A stretch of 64,000 bases of DNA from the NCBI GenBank assembly GCA_963767045.1, contig CAVYCQ010000003.1, forward strand, positions 658,238-722,237, written 5' to 3'. This DNA is from an uncultured Acidobacteriaceae bacterium (GTDB lineage: Bacteria; Acidobacteriota; Terriglobia; Terriglobales; Acidobacteriaceae). The translations under genes and the position numbers were made by a program. This document shows positions 18,339-31,033 of the stretch, in pieces (positions within the stretch are counted from its first letter, which is position 1; every line of letters starts with the position of its first letter). The notes below the pieces were generated by a model. That model was not told the origin of the DNA, made no database searches, and saw only the letters and a list, made by a program, of their open reading frames with translations.

Positions 18339-19150
18339 GGCGCGGTGAACCTATGGACAGAGCTGAGCTGGTTGGCCGCCCAGACGCTGATCACGACCAG
18401 AAAGACCAGGCTGGAGAGGTAGACAGCTCGCCTCCCCCGAAGACCGACTTGGCGGCGCACAAAGAGCATCACTAGATAGAGTGCCCACATGGCAAAAGAG
18501 AGCAACACTTTTGGATCTTTAAAATAAACGGGGCCGACGCTCTCCTGGGCAATCAACGATCCTGCCAGCAAGCCGAGGGTCATAAAAGGGAACCCGATCA
18601 GCAACATGCCGGAGGCGATGCGCTCCATGGTTTCGAGCGGAGGCAGCCAGGCCAGGAAACCAACGTTGCTTTTGCTCTTGAGGCGTCGCTCCTGCAACAG
18701 GTAGAGGAAGTTGGCAATCAGGCTGAAGATGAGGGCGGCATAGGCGGCCAGCAGGGCAATAATGTGCAGCGAGAGCCATCCGCTACGGATCATGGGAGAT
18801 TGGAAGGTCCAGTGGTCCGGACCCATGGCCGGCCCTAAAACCAGCAGCAGCGACAGGGGAAGGGCAAAAATGCCAAAAGAAACAGTCCGGTAAAGCACGG
18901 CAACCAGCAAAAAGGCAGCGCAAATCAGCAGCGCCAGCAGGGACTGGACCTCGTGCATGCCGACCGGTAGGGAGTGGTGCGCGGCGGCAAGCATCTCGAT
19001 GAGGGAAACAAAATGGAAGAAAAAGCCGCCGACAGCCGCCGGAACGCAGAGCTTCTTCCAGCCGGGCTTGTCATAAAGCACCGCCGGCAGTGCAGAAATG
19101 CTCGCAACGGCGTAGAACACCGCAGCCACTCTCAACCACAGTAGAAACAT
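18335..19150 (-). CDS. cytochrome c assembly (CcsA) family membrane protein, HemX-like
   Basis: Eight-TM-like hydrophobic profile, with the WL..LH block and a C-terminal W-rich region. Start MFLLWLRV at 19150. The frame stays open upstream to 19438, but that extension is hydrophilic and unlike the family. Confidence 0.7.
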   Translation of the reverse strand: MFLLWLRVAAVFYAVASISALPAVLYDKPGWKKLCVPAAVGGFFFHFVSLIEMLAAAHHSLPVGMHEVQSLLALLICAAFLLVAVLYRTVSFGIFALPLSLLLVLGPAMGPDHWTFQSPMIRSGWLSLHIIALLAAYAALIFSLIANFLYLLQERRLKSKSNVGFLAWLPPLETMERIASGMLLIGFPFMTLGLLAGSLIAQESVGPVYFKDPKVLLSFAMWALYLVMLFVRRQVGLRGRRAVYLSSLVFLVVISVWAANQLSSVHRFTAP

Positions 19151-19464
19151 GCCAATTCCCGCAATCTTCGAGTATAACCGTCCGGGAATGATGGGGTATT
19201 GAGCTGTGCCACACCGGCATTTGTTGCCGGTCTGATCCTTCCGGTTCTCACGGAGATACTCCAGCCGTGCCTTGCACTCAAAAAGTGGCGTAAAAATTTG
19301 ACCCTGTTCAACTTCGGGGAATTCACGGGAATGAGACACCAGAAGGTGCATCCTTTTAATGGGTCCCGTCCTCACAGCCGATAGAGACATTTTGCCCCGC
19401 ATTTTGCGCGGCTCGAGTCCCACCAATATTTGCTTCACCGTTCTTGAGACAGGAGATTTAAACC

Positions 19465-19740
19465 ATGGATTATCGTGTACGCGCCGGAGAAATACCGGAA
19501 GATCAAACCACCGCCCTGATGGAAAGCTACTCCGCCAAACTGCCCACCAGCTTTTTTTTGGGCGCGGCCCTCGCGTCGATCGTGGGTTCGCTCATCCTTA
19601 AAACTTCGGGCAAGGACCACCATGCCCTGTTTGTTGGGCAATGGGCTGCCCCCTTCCTTTTGCTGGGCATTTACAACAAAATGGTGAAACAGCACGGCTC
19701 CGATGCCCATGTGAACGAAGAACCCCGTATCGTCGCCTGA
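19465..19740 (+). CDS. small membrane protein, function unknown
   Basis: ATG preceded by AGGAG (19452-19456). Two hydrophobic segments (FFLGAALASIVGSLIL, WAAPFLLLGIY). Confidence 0.6.
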   Translation: MDYRVRAGEIPEDQTTALMESYSAKLPTSFFLGAALASIVGSLILKTSGKDHHALFVGQWAAPFLLLGIYNKMVKQHGSDAHVNEEPRIVA

Positions 19741-19806
19741 TGATTGTCGACTGAACTAGGCAGCCCTCCCCGGCTTTCCATTAAACGCCAGCACGTCATT
19801 CACGAT

Positions 19807-22460
<2,654 letters not shown>

Positions 22461-22464
<4 letters not shown>

Positions 22465-23537
22465 GCTCGATGACATTAAGACAGGCTGCTGGCCAGGTGT
22501 TGATAGTCGGCCTGGAGGGCGTCGAACTCAGCGCGCTCGAAACATCGTGGCTGCGATTGCTGCGACCCGGCGGAGTGATTCTCTTTCGTCGCAATATCGA
22601 GAGCGCCGCGCAGACCCATGCCCTGCTGCACACCGTTCAACAGGCCGTCGATTCGCCCATGCTGCGTTGCATCGACGTCGAGGGGGGCAGCGTGGACCGG
22701 CTGCGCGATTTGATCGCGCCCATGCCATCGCCCTTTGCGGTTGCAGCCACCAATAAGCCTGCGCTCTTCAAAAAGCATGGCAGCCTCATCGGCCAGGAAG
22801 TACACCTGCTGGGACTGAACACCACCTTTGCGCCGGTGCTCGACTTGCGGACTCCAGCCTCAGAGAGCGTGATGACCACGCGCGTCGTCTCGGGTGATGC
22901 AGCGGAGGTCATTCGCTACGCCACGCACTTTCTAGAAGGCCTGGCACAGCAGGGTGTGCTGGGCGCCGGGAAACACTTCCCCGGACTCGGCAGCGGACAG
23001 GTGGACTCGCACCACGCCACTCCCTCGATCACCAAACCCCTGAACCTGCTCTGGAAAGAAGATCTGCTGCCCTACCGCCAACTGGCCGCGCAGCTGCCGA
23101 TGGTGATGATCTCGCACGCATCGTATCCCGCGGCCGTGCCTGCGCCGGCCTCCGTCTCCGCGTACTGGATTAGCGAGGTCCTGGTGCGCGAGATCGGCTA
23201 CCAGGGTCTGATCGTTTCCGACGATATGGAAATGGGCGGCATCCTTAATTACATGGGCATTGCCGAGGCGGCGATTCGTTCGCTTGCCGCGGGCATGCAT
23301 GTGGTGGAGATTTGTCGCGACCCGGCGCTGGTCTTTGCCGCCTACGAAGCTCTGCTGCAGGAGGCCGAAAGTTCGCCGGCATTTGCCCGGGTGCTGCGCC
23401 GGGCTGCTGCGCGCGCGGAATCATTTCATACCCTGCACCTGAAGAGAATCGCGCTGCCCCCCGCACCCACGACGGCTGCGGTCGATAAAATGCGCAGTGC
23501 GGTCGAGAAGTTTACCGAGCAGGTCGCCAAAGCATGA
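22461..23537 (+). CDS. nagZ: beta-N-acetylhexosaminidase (GH3, NagZ)
   Basis: KHFPGLG...DSH and SDDMEMG motifs of GH3 NagZ. GTG 22461 overlaps the mutS TGA. Alternative ATG at 22470. Confidence 0.85.
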
Positions 23538-24715
23538 GTGAACTGAAAGCGATGACGGTAGCCGGCATCATGAGCGGCACCTCAGCCGATGGAATCGACG
23601 TAGCCTTTACCCGCATCACCCCGGACGCGCACGATGCGGCTTTTCCTAAATTAAAACTTCTCGCGCATGCCGGCTTTCCTTTTCCTCCGGCACTGCGCCG
23701 TGCCGTGCTGGCGGCAATGAATGCGGAAGCCATTGCGACAGCAGAGCTGGCGCGGCTGAACTGGCGTCTGGGGCAAGCCTATTCCGAAGCACTGACCGTG
23801 GCCTTGGAACGGCATCCCTGCCGGCTTGACCTGATAGGCTGCCACGGTCAAACCATCTATCACCAGGCCACGCCTGCGCGCTACTTGGGACGCGACGCCG
23901 CCTGTACGTGGCAGATCGGCGAGATGGCGATGCTGGCCGAACAAAGTGGAGTACCCGTGGTTTCGAACTTTCGTCCCGCCGACATGGTGGTGGGAGGCCA
24001 GGGTGCTCCGCTGGTTCCCCTGCTCGATTACGTGCTCTTTCGCCACCCAACGCGGGGCCGCGTGTTGCAGAATTTGGGAGGCATTGGAAACCTGACGGCT
24101 CTGCCCGCCGGCGCGGAGCCCTTGCAGGTGGTGGCCTTTGACACGGGCCCAGCCAACATGGTGATCGATCAACTGATGCAGCAACTCTTCGAGAAACGGT
24201 ACGACCGCGGGGGAAAAACGGCGGCACACGGCACAGTGATTGAGGCAGTGGTGAGTGCGCGGCTGCGCGAGTCTTTCTTCGCCGCGCGTCCGCCCAAGAG
24301 CGCCGGCCGGGAGCAATTCGGCAGCGACTACGCGGCGCATTTTCTTGAGCAGTGCCGCACAGCCGGCGGAAGCCGCGAAGATACCATCGCGTCCGCGACA
24401 GCGCTGACCGCACGCAGTGTAGGCTTGGCTTACTCCAGGTTCCTGTTTAAGAAGATGCGGCACTCGCCGGTGGATTTTATTGTTTCCGGTGGGGGCGCGC
24501 GCAATCTCACGCTGCTGCAAATGCTGGGCGAGCAGTTGGAGCCGCAGGGGTGCACGGTGCGAGCGAGCGACGACCTGGGACTGCCGGCAGAGGCCAAGGA
24601 GGCGGCTGCCTTCGCTTTGCTGGCGTATGAGACCTGGCATCGGCGCCCGGGAAATGTTCCATCAGCGACCGGCGCTGCGCGGCCGGTGATCCTGGGCGAG
24701 ATCACCTATGTTTAA
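23534..24715 (+). CDS. anmK: anhydro-N-acetylmuramic acid kinase
   Basis: GIMSGTSADGIDVA N-terminus, NIGGIGN-like LQNLGGIGNLT, and the GGG.RN block. ATGA overlap with nagZ. Confidence 0.9.
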   Translation: MSELKAMTVAGIMSGTSADGIDVAFTRITPDAHDAAFPKLKLLAHAGFPFPPALRRAVLAAMNAEAIATAELARLNWRLGQAYSEALTVALERHPCRLDLIGCHGQTIYHQATPARYLGRDAACTWQIGEMAMLAEQSGVPVVSNFRPADMVVGGQGAPLVPLLDYVLFRHPTRGRVLQNLGGIGNLTALPAGAEPLQVVAFDTGPANMVIDQLMQQLFEKRYDRGGKTAAHGTVIEAVVSARLRESFFAARPPKSAGREQFGSDYAAHFLEQCRTAGGSREDTIASATALTARSVGLAYSRFLFKKMRHSPVDFIVSGGGARNLTLLQMLGEQLEPQGCTVRASDDLGLPAEAKEAAAFALLAYETWHRRPGNVPSATGAARPVILGEITYV

Positions 24716-26225
24716 AGGCTCCCTGGCGCTGGCGGTTCTCTTATCGCTGGCTGGATGCGGGGCCGCCCCTCCCTCACCGCAAACGGTGACCATGGTGATT
24801 GAGAGCAGCCCCACCAGCCTCGATCCGCGCATCGGTGTGGATAGCCAGTCGGAGCACATCTCCAGCCTGATCTTCGACAGCCTGGTACACAAGAACGCGC
24901 ACTTCAACCTCGATCCCTGGCTTGCCACCAGCTGGGAGACTCCGGATCCGCTGACCTATCGCTTTCATCTGCGGACGGATGTGCATTTTCATAATGGACA
25001 ACTGCTGACCGCAACGGATGTGAAGTACACGCTGGACTCCATGCGCAACGGCACCGTGATCACGGCGAAGGCGGGAGCGCTGGCGCACATCGATCACGTA
25101 GACGCGCCCGATGCAGCGACAGTGGTCATCCATCTGAAGCAGCCGGATGCGGCTTTGCTGTGGAACCTTTCAGATGGAGCCATCGGGATTGTTCCTGCGG
25201 GCAGCGGCCGTGATTTCGCCTTCCACCCGATCGGCAGCGGCCCCTTCCGCTTCGTCAGCCAGCTGCAGGATGACGAAGTCATTATCGAGCGAAACGAAAA
25301 TTCCTGGCAGCCGCGTCCTGCGATTCCGCGGATCCGCTTCGCTGTTGTGCCCGATGCAATCACCCGCGCGCTCGAGCTGGAGAAGGGCTCAGCGGATGTG
25401 TGCATCAACTGTCTGACCGCGGACATGGTCTCCGCGCTGATCAAGCGACCCAATCTACAGGTAGAGAGTGGACCCGGGACCAATCTGAATTACATCTCGT
25501 TCAACACTCAGGACAAGGTGTTGCGCGATCTCCGCGTGCGCCAGGCTATCGCCTATGCCATGAATCGCCCGCTGATTATCAGCTCGTTGTGGCGAGATCG
25601 CGCGCAACTGGCGGAGAGCCTACTGCCTCCGCAGCACTGGGCGTGGACCGGCGATGTGCAGCAGTATCCGCACGATCCGGCCAAGGGCAACGCGCTGCTC
25701 GACGCCGGCGGATGGAGGCGAGGCAGCGACGGTGTTCGTTTTCATCTGACCATGAAGACCTCTACGGACGAGACCAGCCGGCTGCTGGCCATGATTCTGC
25801 AACAGCAGTTGCGCGATATAGGGATTGCGCTCGAGGTGAGGAGCTTCGAGTTTGCGACGTTCTACGCCGACATCAGCAAGGGCGCCTTCCAGATGTACAC
25901 GTTGCGGTGGCTGGGAGGGAATGAAGATCCTGACATTTTCCGTTACGCCTACGACAGCCAAATGTTTCCGCCCCACGGCGCGAACCGCGGTCGCTATACC
26001 AACGCCGTACTAGACGGATTGATCAAAGAGGCGGCGGCATCAAGCGACCAGGCCCTTCGCCGCACCGACTACGTCAAGGTGCAGCAAATCCTGGCTGCCG
26101 AGCTGCCATCGATTAATCTCTGGTATCTGGACGCGGTGCTGGTGCACACCCGGCGCCTGCAGAACATCCACATCACCAGTTCGGGCAACTTCGATTTCCT
26201 GAGAGCAGCGACGGTGTCACAGTAA
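24708..26225 (+). CDS. ABC transporter substrate-binding lipoprotein, family 5 (peptide/nickel, MppA/DppA-like)
   Basis: Lipobox LSLAGCG. SBP_bac_5-like blocks (W.F.LR..V.FH.G, NYISFN, R.A...A..R). Overlaps the anmK end by 8 nt. No permease or ATPase genes follow. Confidence 0.8.
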   Translation: MFKGSLALAVLLSLAGCGAAPPSPQTVTMVIESSPTSLDPRIGVDSQSEHISSLIFDSLVHKNAHFNLDPWLATSWETPDPLTYRFHLRTDVHFHNGQLLTATDVKYTLDSMRNGTVITAKAGALAHIDHVDAPDAATVVIHLKQPDAALLWNLSDGAIGIVPAGSGRDFAFHPIGSGPFRFVSQLQDDEVIIERNENSWQPRPAIPRIRFAVVPDAITRALELEKGSADVCINCLTADMVSALIKRPNLQVESGPGTNLNYISFNTQDKVLRDLRVRQAIAYAMNRPLIISSLWRDRAQLAESLLPPQHWAWTGDVQQYPHDPAKGNALLDAGGWRRGSDGVRFHLTMKTSTDETSRLLAMILQQQLRDIGIALEVRSFEFATFYADISKGAFQMYTLRWLGGNEDPDIFRYAYDSQMFPPHGANRGRYTNAVLDGLIKEAAASSDQALRRTDYVKVQQILAAELPSINLWYLDAVLVHTRRLQNIHITSSGNFDFLRAATVSQ

Positions 26226-26415
26226 CCTTGTCAACCATAGGGGAGTGGAGTGGTCTCTCAATCAGGAGCCTATGCTGACCGAATTTCCACCCTATCCCTT
26301 GTCATCCCGACCGGAGCGTACCCGAATGCCGTGGCTAACGAAGTGAGAACCGCAGGTCCCTCCACTACACTACGCTCCCATTCCCCCTATCAAGTTTCTG
26401 CTCCACGACAAGCGT

Positions 26416-28857
26416 TCACTCGTACCGAAGAGCAACCATGGGGTCAACCCGCGCCGCGCGCCGCGCGGGTATATAGCAGGCCGCAAGGGCGACGATCACA
26501 AAGACCAACGCCACCCCTGCGAACGTAAGCGGGTCATGAGGGGTAACACCGAAGAGCTGGCTGCTCATCAAGCGCGTAAGCCCGAGTGCAAGAAAGATGC
26601 CTGGCAGCACACCGAGGAGAGCCATTCTGGCTCCCTGGCCGAGGATGAGACGCAAGACGTCACCACGCTGCGCCCCTAGAGCCATTCGCACTCCAATTTC
26701 CCGCGTGCGTTCTCCGACCAGATAGGAGATGACACCGTAGATGCCCACGCAGGAAAGCGCGAGTGCAAGCACGGCAAACCCAGCGAGCAGGATCATGGAG
26801 AGGCGCCGGGCAGCCATGGAGTTCGAGATCACTTCGTTCATGGTCTCAACAGCGTAAACAACGGCGCCTGGATCGAACTCCGAAACGTTGCGGCGCACGA
26901 GTCCCATGATCGCTTCCGTATCTTGATGGGTGCGCAGAACGACGGCGACTCCATCCGCAACCAGCCGCATGAGCTTCGGAGGAAGCTGCATGAACGGGTA
27001 GTAGAACTGCGCCTCAATGGCGGTCTTCGGGTCATTGCCTGGACCCCACTGGCGAATGTGCCCCACGACACCGACGACCTCCGCTTCCACGTCAAAGCCG
27101 GCAATATGGATGTGCTGACCAATCGGGTCCTGGTTGGGGAAGTAGCTGCGTGCGAACACGTCGTCGATGTCAACCACGGTGGGCGCGTTCTCGTTGTCCT
27201 GTTCGCTCACGAAGCGGCCGCGTTTCAGAGTGACACCCATGGCCTGCTTGAATCCGGACTCTACGAGATAGAACATCGCCTGATGCATATCGTTGAGATT
27301 GGCGGGCTTGGGTTGACCGTCGATCCAGAGGGGCAATCCGGAATCATGAATCATCGGGCGCGATCCGAGTGTGACGGAAACGGCTTCCACCCCGGGAATG
27401 GCGCGCATGTCAGCGTCGAACCGGCGCAGGCGGGCGCGCGTTTCTTCCGGGGTGGTTCCGGAATTAGAGGGCAACGACAGTGAGAAGGTGATGGCGTGCT
27501 CCGGATGGTAGCCGGGATTCACGCGCCATAGAGCGGCGAGCGAGCGCAGCATGAGTCCTGCACCAATGAGGAGCACGAAGGCCATGGCCACCTCAACCGT
27601 AACAAAAAGCCCTTGCAGGCGATGGCGCCCGTCGCCCGCACCGCGGCTGCTTCGCCGCAACACCTGCTGCAGATTGGCGCGCGAAGATCTGAGCGCGGGC
27701 GCGAGGCCGAAGACGATGCCGCCAAGCAAAGACACGCCGAGCGTAAACAGCAGCACGCGAGCGTCCATGGAAACTTCACCGGCGCGCGGAATTCCGCCGG
27801 GCAGAAGCTTGATGATGGCCCTGGTACCGAAGAGCGCGAGGAGAAATCCTAATGCGCCTCCCAGGCCTGCGAGCAACAGGCTCTCCGTGAGGAGTTGGCG
27901 GATGATGCGGATGGGGCTGGCTCCGAGGCTGCGGCGCAACGCAAACTCGCCCGAGCGGCTCATGGATCGCGCGAGCAACAGACTGGCAACATTCGCGCAG
28001 GAGATAAGCAGCAGGAAGGCAACCGCCGCGAGCAGCACAAGGAGGAGAGGCTGAACGTCGCCGACTATGTCCTCCTTCATCGGCAAGAGAGCGATGCCGA
28101 CACCCTTGTCCGCTTCGGGATAGGCGAGGGCGAGATGGTGCGCTATGGAGTCCATGTCGCCGCGGGCCTGGGCCAGGGTGATGCCGGGTTTGAGCCGCCC
28201 GATCGCATGGGAGCTGAGATCGACGCGGCGATCGAGGAAAGAAGGGTCGTTCCACTGGCCGATGGGGGTATAGAGATCGCGCTGGATGCCGTAAAAAGAA
28301 AAGTCTGGGGGGAGTACACCCGTCACGGTGTAGTCCGTGCCGTTCAGGTCGATGGAGCTGCCGATGATGTTCGCTGAAGCGCCGAAGTGACTATGCCAAA
28401 AGCCGTCGCTGAGCATAACCACCGGGGCTGCTCCGATGCGATCGTCCTCCGGGCGAAAGTCTCGACCGAGGATAGGATGGACGCCGAGCGTCGGGAAGAA
28501 GCCGGCGGAGATCATAAATCCATTCACGCGTTCCGGCTGTCCGCGGCCAGTCAGGTTGTAGTCTTCATGGCGATAGATCGCCAGTGAAGAGAAGCTCTGG
28601 TTGGCGCGCTGCCAGTCCACGAAATTGAGGTAGCTGATGGGGGCCCGATCCATCCCGGCATTTTTTTCGTACAGAGCAACGAGCTGTGTGGACTGCGGAT
28701 AAGGCAGCGGGTTGAGAAGCACTCCATTGACGACCGAAAAGAGCGCGGTGTTTGCGCCTATGCCAAGGGCGAGGGTAACAATCACAACGGCGGTGAAGCC
28801 GGGAGACTTGAGCAGCATGCGGAATGCGTAGCGGACGTCTTGCAGCAGAGTAGTCAA
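26416..28857 (-). CDS. ADOP-family MacB/FtsX-like permease, copy 2
   Basis: TTG start at 28857 preceded by AGAGGTG. MTTLLQDVRYAFRMLLKSPGFTAV.. Duplicated FtsX halves. C-terminal ARRAARVDPMVALRYE. Confidence 0.9.
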   Translation of the reverse strand: MTTLLQDVRYAFRMLLKSPGFTAVVIVTLALGIGANTALFSVVNGVLLNPLPYPQSTQLVALYEKNAGMDRAPISYLNFVDWQRANQSFSSLAIYRHEDYNLTGRGQPERVNGFMISAGFFPTLGVHPILGRDFRPEDDRIGAAPVVMLSDGFWHSHFGASANIIGSSIDLNGTDYTVTGVLPPDFSFYGIQRDLYTPIGQWNDPSFLDRRVDLSSHAIGRLKPGITLAQARGDMDSIAHHLALAYPEADKGVGIALLPMKEDIVGDVQPLLLVLLAAVAFLLLISCANVASLLLARSMSRSGEFALRRSLGASPIRIIRQLLTESLLLAGLGGALGFLLALFGTRAIIKLLPGGIPRAGEVSMDARVLLFTLGVSLLGGIVFGLAPALRSSRANLQQVLRRSSRGAGDGRHRLQGLFVTVEVAMAFVLLIGAGLMLRSLAALWRVNPGYHPEHAITFSLSLPSNSGTTPEETRARLRRFDADMRAIPGVEAVSVTLGSRPMIHDSGLPLWIDGQPKPANLNDMHQAMFYLVESGFKQAMGVTLKRGRFVSEQDNENAPTVVDIDDVFARSYFPNQDPIGQHIHIAGFDVEAEVVGVVGHIRQWGPGNDPKTAIEAQFYYPFMQLPPKLMRLVADGVAVVLRTHQDTEAIMGLVRRNVSEFDPGAVVYAVETMNEVISNSMAARRLSMILLAGFAVLALALSCVGIYGVISYLVGERTREIGVRMALGAQRGDVLRLILGQGARMALLGVLPGIFLALGLTRLMSSQLFGVTPHDPLTFAGVALVFVIVALAACYIPARRAARVDPMVALRYE

Positions 28858-28883
28858 GACTTCACCTCTTATCGCAAAGATAG

Positions 28884-29723
28884 TTAAGCGGTCTGCTCGA
28901 TCACTGCTTCCGGGTGAGCGCCGTATTCCGCCCAGGAGCCGTCATAGAGGCTGACCTGTTTTGCGCCCGCGACTTCAAGTCCCAGCGCGATGACAGCCGC
29001 GGTCACTCCGGAGCCGCACGTAGTAGTGACGGGCCGGGTTACATCCACGCCCTTTGCGGCGAAAATCCGGCGGAGTTCTTCCGCACCCTTAAGCCGGCCC
29101 TCCGCGACCAATTCCGTGAACGGAATGCTGATAGCCCCCGGCATGTGCCCCGGGCTTATGCCGGGTCGCGGCTCCGGTAGGGTGCCGGCGAAGCGTCCGG
29201 CCGAGCGGGCATCCAGAATCTGCCCATGGGCCGCGATCATGGCCTGGACTTGGGAAAAATCTTTCACCGCATCCTGGTCGAGTTTGTCATGGAACGCGGC
29301 CGGTGGACGGTGCACCTCTCCGAAATCTGTAGGCAGGCCGGCATCGATCCAGGCGCGAAGTCCGCCATCCAGCAGGTAAATATTTTGGGCTCCCACGGTT
29401 TTGAGCATCCACCAGGCGCGCGGGCCGGAGAAGACTCCTTCCTGCTCGTAAATAATGATGTCCATCTCATCGCCGATCCCAAGAGCCGAAAGGCTGCGGG
29501 AAAAAACATCGGGCGGAGGCAACATGTGCGGCAACGGATTGGAGTGGTCGGAGAGCTCCTCAATATCAAAGAAGATTGCGCCGGGAATGTGCTGGGCCAG
29601 GTAGCGCGCGCGGGTATCCACCTTTGGGCTGACACCCACCGGGGGGAGCGTGGCATCAACGATCACCACCGCGGCATCGTGCAGACGGCCGGCCAGCCAT
29701 GACGGGGTGACAAGCGGGTTCAT
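28884..29723 (-). CDS. sseA: 3-mercaptopyruvate / thiosulfate sulfurtransferase (tandem rhodanese)
   Basis: Two rhodanese domains. Active-site loop TTCGSGVTAAV (CG[ST]GVTA is typical of mercaptopyruvate sulfurtransferases). Start MNPLVTPSWL at 29723. Confidence 0.82.
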   Translation of the reverse strand: MNPLVTPSWLAGRLHDAAVVIVDATLPPVGVSPKVDTRARYLAQHIPGAIFFDIEELSDHSNPLPHMLPPPDVFSRSLSALGIGDEMDIIIYEQEGVFSGPRAWWMLKTVGAQNIYLLDGGLRAWIDAGLPTDFGEVHRPPAAFHDKLDQDAVKDFSQVQAMIAAHGQILDARSAGRFAGTLPEPRPGISPGHMPGAISIPFTELVAEGRLKGAEELRRIFAAKGVDVTRPVTTTCGSGVTAAVIALGLEVAGAKQVSLYDGSWAEYGAHPEAVIEQTA

Positions 29724-29891
29724 GGCAACCAGCTTACTTGAAGACTGCCGCAGGCGGCTTACTGGCGAGCAGCCGAACCGCCGCAAACGGTATCATGTCG
29801 TATGGGGGAATCCGCATTTCCCTGCATCCATTTGGCGGTTGCAGGGATCGAATGGGTTGCCGGCAGAAGATCGCATCAGCCAGGAGGTTTC

Positions 29892-30347
29892 ATGGCCCAA
29901 TACACAAAATCCGCGGACGCAATCTCTCATCTCTCGCGCGAGCAGTTTCGGGTAACCCAACAGAGTGCCACCGAACATCCCTTTGAGAATGCTTATTGGG
30001 ATCATGATGCCCCAGGCATTTACGTGGACATCGTTTCCGGCGAGCCGCTCTTCTCTTCCCTGGACAAATTTGACAGCGGCTGTGGCTGGCCTAGTTTCAC
30101 CAAACCCGTGGATCCGGAAAACGTGGAGGAGCGGTCTGATAACACGCTCGGCATGAGCCGGACTGAGGTGCGGTCAACCCACGCTGACAGCCACTTGGGT
30201 CACGTATTCGATGACGGGCCCAGGGATGCCGGCGGACTGCGTTACTGCATCAATTCGGCGTCCCTTCGCTTCATTCCCCTGGAAGAGATGGAAAACGAAG
30301 GTTACGGTGAATATCTCAAGCTATTCGAGTCCAAGAAGGAGAAATAG
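29892..30347 (+). CDS. msrB: peptide-methionine (R)-S-oxide reductase
   Basis: AGGAGG at 29882-29887. [26 protein letters not shown] and [18 protein letters not shown] blocks. Confidence 0.92.
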   Translation: MAQYTKSADAISHLSREQFRVTQQSATEHPFENAYWDHDAPGIYVDIVSGEPLFSSLDKFDSGCGWPSFTKPVDPENVEERSDNTLGMSRTEVRSTHADSHLGHVFDDGPRDAGGLRYCINSASLRFIPLEEMENEGYGEYLKLFESKKEK

Positions 30348-30350
30348 AAA

Positions 30351-30860
30351 ATGTCATCCTCCCACGAAACCGCAATACTAGCCGGGGGCTGCTTTTGGGG
30401 TATGCAGGATTTATTGCGCCGTTACCCGGGTGTAATTTCGACGCGAGTCGGCTATAGCGGCGGTGATGTTGCCAATGCCACCTATCGCAATCATGGAACC
30501 CATGCCGAGGCGATCGAGATCGTCTTCGACCCGCAGAAACTGGGCTACCGCAAGCTGCTGGAGTTCTTCTTTCAGATTCATGATCCAACCACAGCGAATC
30601 GGCAAGGGAATGACCGCGGAACCAGCTATCGCTCTGCGATTTACTACACGACCGAAGAGCAGAGGCGTGTGGCAGAAGACACCATTGCCGACGTCAATGC
30701 CTCGGGCATATGGCCGGGAAAAGTCGTGACTCAAGTAGAGCCGGCCGGTCCCTTCTGGGAAGCTGAGCCGGAACATCAGGACTACTTGGAACGCATTCCA
30801 AACGGCTACACCTGCCACTACATCCGCCCTGATTGGAAGCTTCCTCACCGGGCGGCGTAA
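30351..30860 (+). CDS. msrA: peptide-methionine (S)-S-oxide reductase
   Basis: [13 protein letters not shown] (the catalytic Cys is a TGC codon), [12 protein letters not shown], and [11 protein letters not shown] blocks. Confidence 0.92.
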   Translation: MSSSHETAILAGGCFWGMQDLLRRYPGVISTRVGYSGGDVANATYRNHGTHAEAIEIVFDPQKLGYRKLLEFFFQIHDPTTANRQGNDRGTSYRSAIYYTTEEQRRVAEDTIADVNASGIWPGKVVTQVEPAGPFWEAEPEHQDYLERIPNGYTCHYIRPDWKLPHRAA

Positions 30861-30880
30861 ACAACGGCTTTCCAGCCGAG

Positions 30881-30927
30881 TCCCTTTCAAGCCGAGACTA
30901 GGCTTGAAAGGGGCGTCCGTCCTTCCC
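30881..30927 (+). repeat. intergenic repeat family A, copy 3
   Basis: TCCCTTTCAAGCC (30881-30893) / GAGACTA / GGCTTGAAAGGGG (30901-30913), then CGTCCGTCCTTCCC. Lies 21 nt after the msrA stop. Confidence 0.55.
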
Positions 30928-31033
30928 AAATCAGGTCTATCCTGCGCATACTCGAAGTCGATGGAACCTTGCGTTGCTCGATAGCGTATTAGGTGTCACT
31001 GGTAGCCAAGTACCTGTGCCGGGAGGCCTACGC

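Noticed and set aside
19151-19438. N-terminal 96-codon extension of the CcsA/HemX-like ORF
   Set aside because: It is hydrophilic, Arg/Lys/Cys-rich and unlike the family, while the hydrophobic core begins at MFLLWL (19150). It is kept only as an alternative in the heme-operon finding.
26226-26415. Intergenic segment GTCATCCCGACCGGAGCG...GTCCCTCCACTACACTACGCTCC, which resembles repeat-derived sequence I associate with soil-bacterial genomes
   Set aside because: Only one copy is present in this window and it has no clear internal symmetry. A repeat call cannot be supported from the sequence given. The 92-aa ORF 26250..26528 across it overlaps the ADOP permease end and looks spurious.
30351-30860. 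Whether MsrA, MsrB, the TlpA-like protein (14061..15308), SelD or the rhodanese are also selenoproteins
   Set aside because: Their catalytic residues are ordinary Cys codons: GGCFWG uses TGC, WCPNC uses TGC/TGC, GGCASK uses TGC, and CGSGVTA uses TGC/TGT. No in-frame TGA interrupts these genes.
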